Below, piece after piece: positions 61,348 through 64,000 of a stretch of 64,000 nt of DNA (within the stretch, counting starts at the first letter, position 1; each line of letters starts with the position of its first letter). Both the position numbers and the translations under genes were made by a program. The DNA lies in assembly GCA_963836075.1 (NCBI GenBank), contig CAWIIB010000009.1:1536001-1600000 (forward strand), in the 5' to 3' direction. Origin of the DNA: an uncultured Acidobacteriota bacterium (GTDB lineage Bacteria > Acidobacteriota > JAQAZP01). The notes under the pieces are model-generated. The model was given only the letters and a program-made list of their open reading frames with translations, made no database searches and was not told the DNA's origin.

Positions 61348-61397
61348 AAAAACGGCGCGGGAGTAGGGCCAATACGGCCTCCACCCGCGCCTTGTTG
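61348..61397. terminator. Bidirectional terminator-like hairpin
   Basis: AAAAAC-GGCGCGGG...GGCC-aatac-GGCC...CCCGCGCC-TTGTT. Confidence 0.6.
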
Positions 61398-61407
61398 TGT
61401 ACCCCAT

Positions 61408-62712
61408 TCAACCCACCGCGTCGAGGATCTGCTGCTGCAGGGCGATGTTGTCCCGGTGGCCGGAGAAGCGGGCGGTGACCTTGCCCCGCACCGGGAAGCC
61501 GAGGAGGTAGAAGTCGCCGATGATGTCGAGGATCTTGTGCCGCACGAACTCGTCGGGGAAGCGGAGCTCGGTGTTGATCACGTTGTCTTCGCCGACGAGG
61601 ATGAAGTTGTCCAGCCGGCCGCCGGAGCCCAGGCCCAGTTCGTTCATCATCTTCAGGTCGCGCATGAAACCGAAGGTGCGGGCCGGCGCGATCTGTTCGC
61701 GGTAGGCTTCGGCGTTCTCCATCCGAAACTCGCAGAACTGGTCGCCCACCGGCGGCGGGTAGCTCAGCTGGTAGGAGACGGAGAAACCGTCATCCGGCTC
61801 GATGGCCAGCATCTTCTTCCCGTCGTCCTCGCCCACCTGGTAGCGTTTGTCGATAACCAGTTCCATCCGGGGGATACCCTGGTCCTCGATGCCCACCTTT
61901 TCCAGCTCGTGGCAGAACTCCAGGGCCGAGCCGTCGAGCACCGGGATCTCGCCGTGGACCTTGATCAGCAGGTTGGTGATTCCGCAGGCGTGGAGCGCCG
62001 AGAGCAGGTGCTCCACGGTGCGGATGCCCTCGCCGTGGCCGGTGAGGGTCGTGGCATATTCGGTGTTGCCGGCGGCGGAGATGTGGGCCGGGATCACCGT
62101 CCCGCCGGGCAGGGTGATGAAGTGGATGCCGCTGTCCGGGGGCAGCGGCTGGATCACCATGCCGGTGCGGCTGCCCGAGTGGAGGCCAAGGCCGTAGATC
62201 GCCTTGCTGGTGCTGATGGTCCGCTGCGGAACGTCGGTCTGTTGCAGCAGGGGGAGTCGCGGCGGCGGGCTCACCCGCACCTCGTCGTCGGTGCGGGCCT
62301 TGGCCAGTTCCAGCACCGGGTTCGACCGCAGGCTGGCCCGGTCCGGTTTGTCCCGCAGCGCGCCCACCACCGCGTCCATCACCTGGTCGTAGGAGAGCGG
62401 TTTCTCCAGGTAGTCGCAGGCGCCCATCTTGATTGCCCGCACCGCGGTGGGGGTGGTGCCGTGGCCCGACATCATGATCACCGCCGCCCCGGCGTCCAGT
62501 TCCAGCAGGGCGCGCAGGGTTTCCAGCCCGTCCCGGTCGGGGAGCCAGATGTCGAGGAAGACCACGTCGGGCAGGTGCTGCTGGTAGAGGGTCAGCGCCT
62601 CCTCGCCGCGGCCGGTGGTCACCGTACGGTATCCCTCGTCCTTGAGAATGTTGGACAGCGAAACAAGGATTCCCGGCTCGTCGTCCACGATGAGAACCAG
62701 TTTCTTTTTCAT
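61408..62712 (-). CDS. lpxC: Receiver (REC) domain fused to UDP-3-O-acyl-GlcNAc deacetylase
   Basis: REC: IVDDEP, FLDIWLP, MSGHG, LEKP. LpxC: QRTI...GLGLHSG, TVEHLLSAL, DGSA, ARTFGF, RHKILDIIGD, GHRDN. Confidence 0.9.
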   Translation of the reverse strand: MKKKLVLIVDDEPGILVSLSNILKDEGYRTVTTGRGEEALTLYQQHLPDVVFLDIWLPDRDGLETLRALLELDAGAAVIMMSGHGTTPTAVRAIKMGACDYLEKPLSYDQVMDAVVGALRDKPDRASLRSNPVLELAKARTDDEVRVSPPPRLPLLQQTDVPQRTISTSKAIYGLGLHSGSRTGMVIQPLPPDSGIHFITLPGGTVIPAHISAAGNTEYATTLTGHGEGIRTVEHLLSALHACGITNLLIKVHGEIPVLDGSALEFCHELEKVGIEDQGIPRMELVIDKRYQVGEDDGKKMLAIEPDDGFSVSYQLSYPPPVGDQFCEFRMENAEAYREQIAPARTFGFMRDLKMMNELGLGSGGRLDNFILVGEDNVINTELRFPDEFVRHKILDIIGDFYLLGFPVRGKVTARFSGHRDNIALQQQILDAVG

Positions 62713-62880
62713 GAACACAGTTTGCTACTTTGGGCCGCGCCGGTCAAGGGGGCTGCTGTCGGGGCCTGGTTTCCGCCACACCCGCCGTCCGTTGTATGAT
62801 GAGCCGTGTCAGCGGATCCCAGTCCGGCCTTCCGGAAACCAACCGTTCCCGGCCGGCCCAACCCCAGCGGAGAGCCTCCA

Positions 62881-64000
62881 ATGCGCAAGCCAACGTCACT
62901 TCTCCTCCTTGTCCTGTCGGGTATTCTCGCGATCCCCGTCCCCGCGGTTTTCGCCGGTGACCGGCCGGCCTATCCGGAAACCGACCGGGTGGACCAGGTG
63001 GAGATCTACCACGGCACCGAGGTGGCCGATCCCTACCGCTGGCTGGAGGACGACGTGCGCACCAGCGATGCCGTGGCCGGGTGGGTGGAAGCGCAGAACA
63101 GGCTCACCTTCTCCTGGCTGGAGGCGATCCCCCAGCGGCCGGCCATCCGCTCCCGGCTCACCGAACTGTGGAACTACGAGCGGTTCGGTCTGCCGGCGCG
63201 GCACGGCGGTGTCTACTACTTCGAGAAGAACGACGGCCTGCAGAACCAGGACGTACTCTATGCCGTGGACAGACTCGACGGGAAGCCGCGGGTGCTCATC
63301 GACCCCAATGCCTGGTCCGGCGACGGCACGGTCACCCTGGGCAGCACCTCCTTCTCCGACGACGGCCGCTACATGGCCTGGTCGGTGGCCGAGGCCGGTT
63401 CGGACTGGAACCGCTGGCGCATCCGCGATCTGCGGACCGGCAAGGACCTGCCCGAGGAACTGACCTGGATCAAGTGGTCCGCGGTTTCCTGGACCCTGGA
63501 CGGTCTGGGCTTTTTCTACAGCCGCTTCGACGAGCCGGCCGAGGGGGCAACCTTCCAGCAGTCAAACCTCAATCAGAAGATCTTCTACCACCGGCTGGGC
63601 ACGTCCCAGGCCGACGACACTCTGGTCTACCAGCGGCCCGACCAGCCGCAGTGGACCTTCTGGGCCACGGTGACCGAGGACGGCCGCTACCTGGTGATCA
63701 CTGTCTGGGAGGCTGGGGAGAAGAACCTGGTCTTTGTCCGGGACCTGGCCCGGCCCTACGCCATGCCGCAACCGTTGATCGGCGGCTGGGACGCCAGCTA
63801 CGGCTTTCTGGGCAACGATGGCCCTCTGCTCTACTTCCGCACCGACCTGGACGCGCCGCGGGGCCGGGTGGTGGCGGTGGACTTGCGGCACCCCGAGCGC
63901 AGCGCCTGGAAAACGCTGATTCCCCAGACCGAGGACACGCTCCAGCGGGTGGGTCTGGTGGGCAACTTATTCTTTGCCCGCTACCTGCGCCACGCGTCGA
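62881..64000 (+). CDS. Prolyl oligopeptidase (S9A), N-terminal part (runs off the window)
   Basis: Not in the ORF track. Manual translation: signal peptide, YHGTEVADPYRWLED, NDGLQNQ, DPN and GSDW. Confidence 0.9.
   Translation, partial: MRKPTSLLLLVLSGILAIPVPAVFAGDRPAYPETDRVDQVEIYHGTEVADPYRWLEDDVRTSDAVAGWVEAQNRLTFSWLEAIPQRPAIRSRLTELWNYERFGLPARHGGVYYFEKNDGLQNQDVLYAVDRLDGKPRVLIDPNAWSGDGTVTLGSTSFSDDGRYMAWSVAEAGSDWNRWRIRDLRTGKDLPEELTWIKWSAVSWTLDGLGFFYSRFDEPAEGATFQQSNLNQKIFYHRLGTSQADDTLVYQRPDQPQWTFWATVTEDGRYLVITVWEAGEKNLVFVRDLARPYAMPQPLIGGWDASYGFLGNDGPLLYFRTDLDAPRGRVVAVDLRHPERSAWKTLIPQTEDTLQRVGLVGNLFFARYLRHAS

Overview
A GC-rich bacterial chromosomal window, probably from an Acidobacteriota-like lineage (inferred from the Acidobacterial-type VWA protein and overall gene repertoire). 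I found no rRNA, tRNA, CRISPR array or transposase. From left to right: partial acs, a Spy/CpxP-like protein, a VWA protein, a perfect 36-bp palindrome, a secreted multiheme cytochrome c, a radical SAM/sulfatase-like divergent pair, purF, small housekeeping genes and a pdaD-dhs-speB polyamine operon. The most striking block is 19.0-33.9 kb: six tandem paralogous secreted proteins built as signal peptide + exactly 14 FG-GAP Ca-binding repeats (one copy internally deleted) + a strongly conserved ~120-aa C-terminal domain that I cannot assign to a known family and that may be a sorting or anchoring module. Next come a TetR-TolC-MFP-RND operon with three phased operators, a surface glycan-modification region, an Sfp-type PPTase, an ECF sigma factor with an anti-sigma-vWA gene, a glycoside hydrolase, a receiver-domain-LpxC fusion and a partial prolyl oligopeptidase. 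About ten single-base frameshifts, mostly +1 base duplications, point to assembly error rather than biology.
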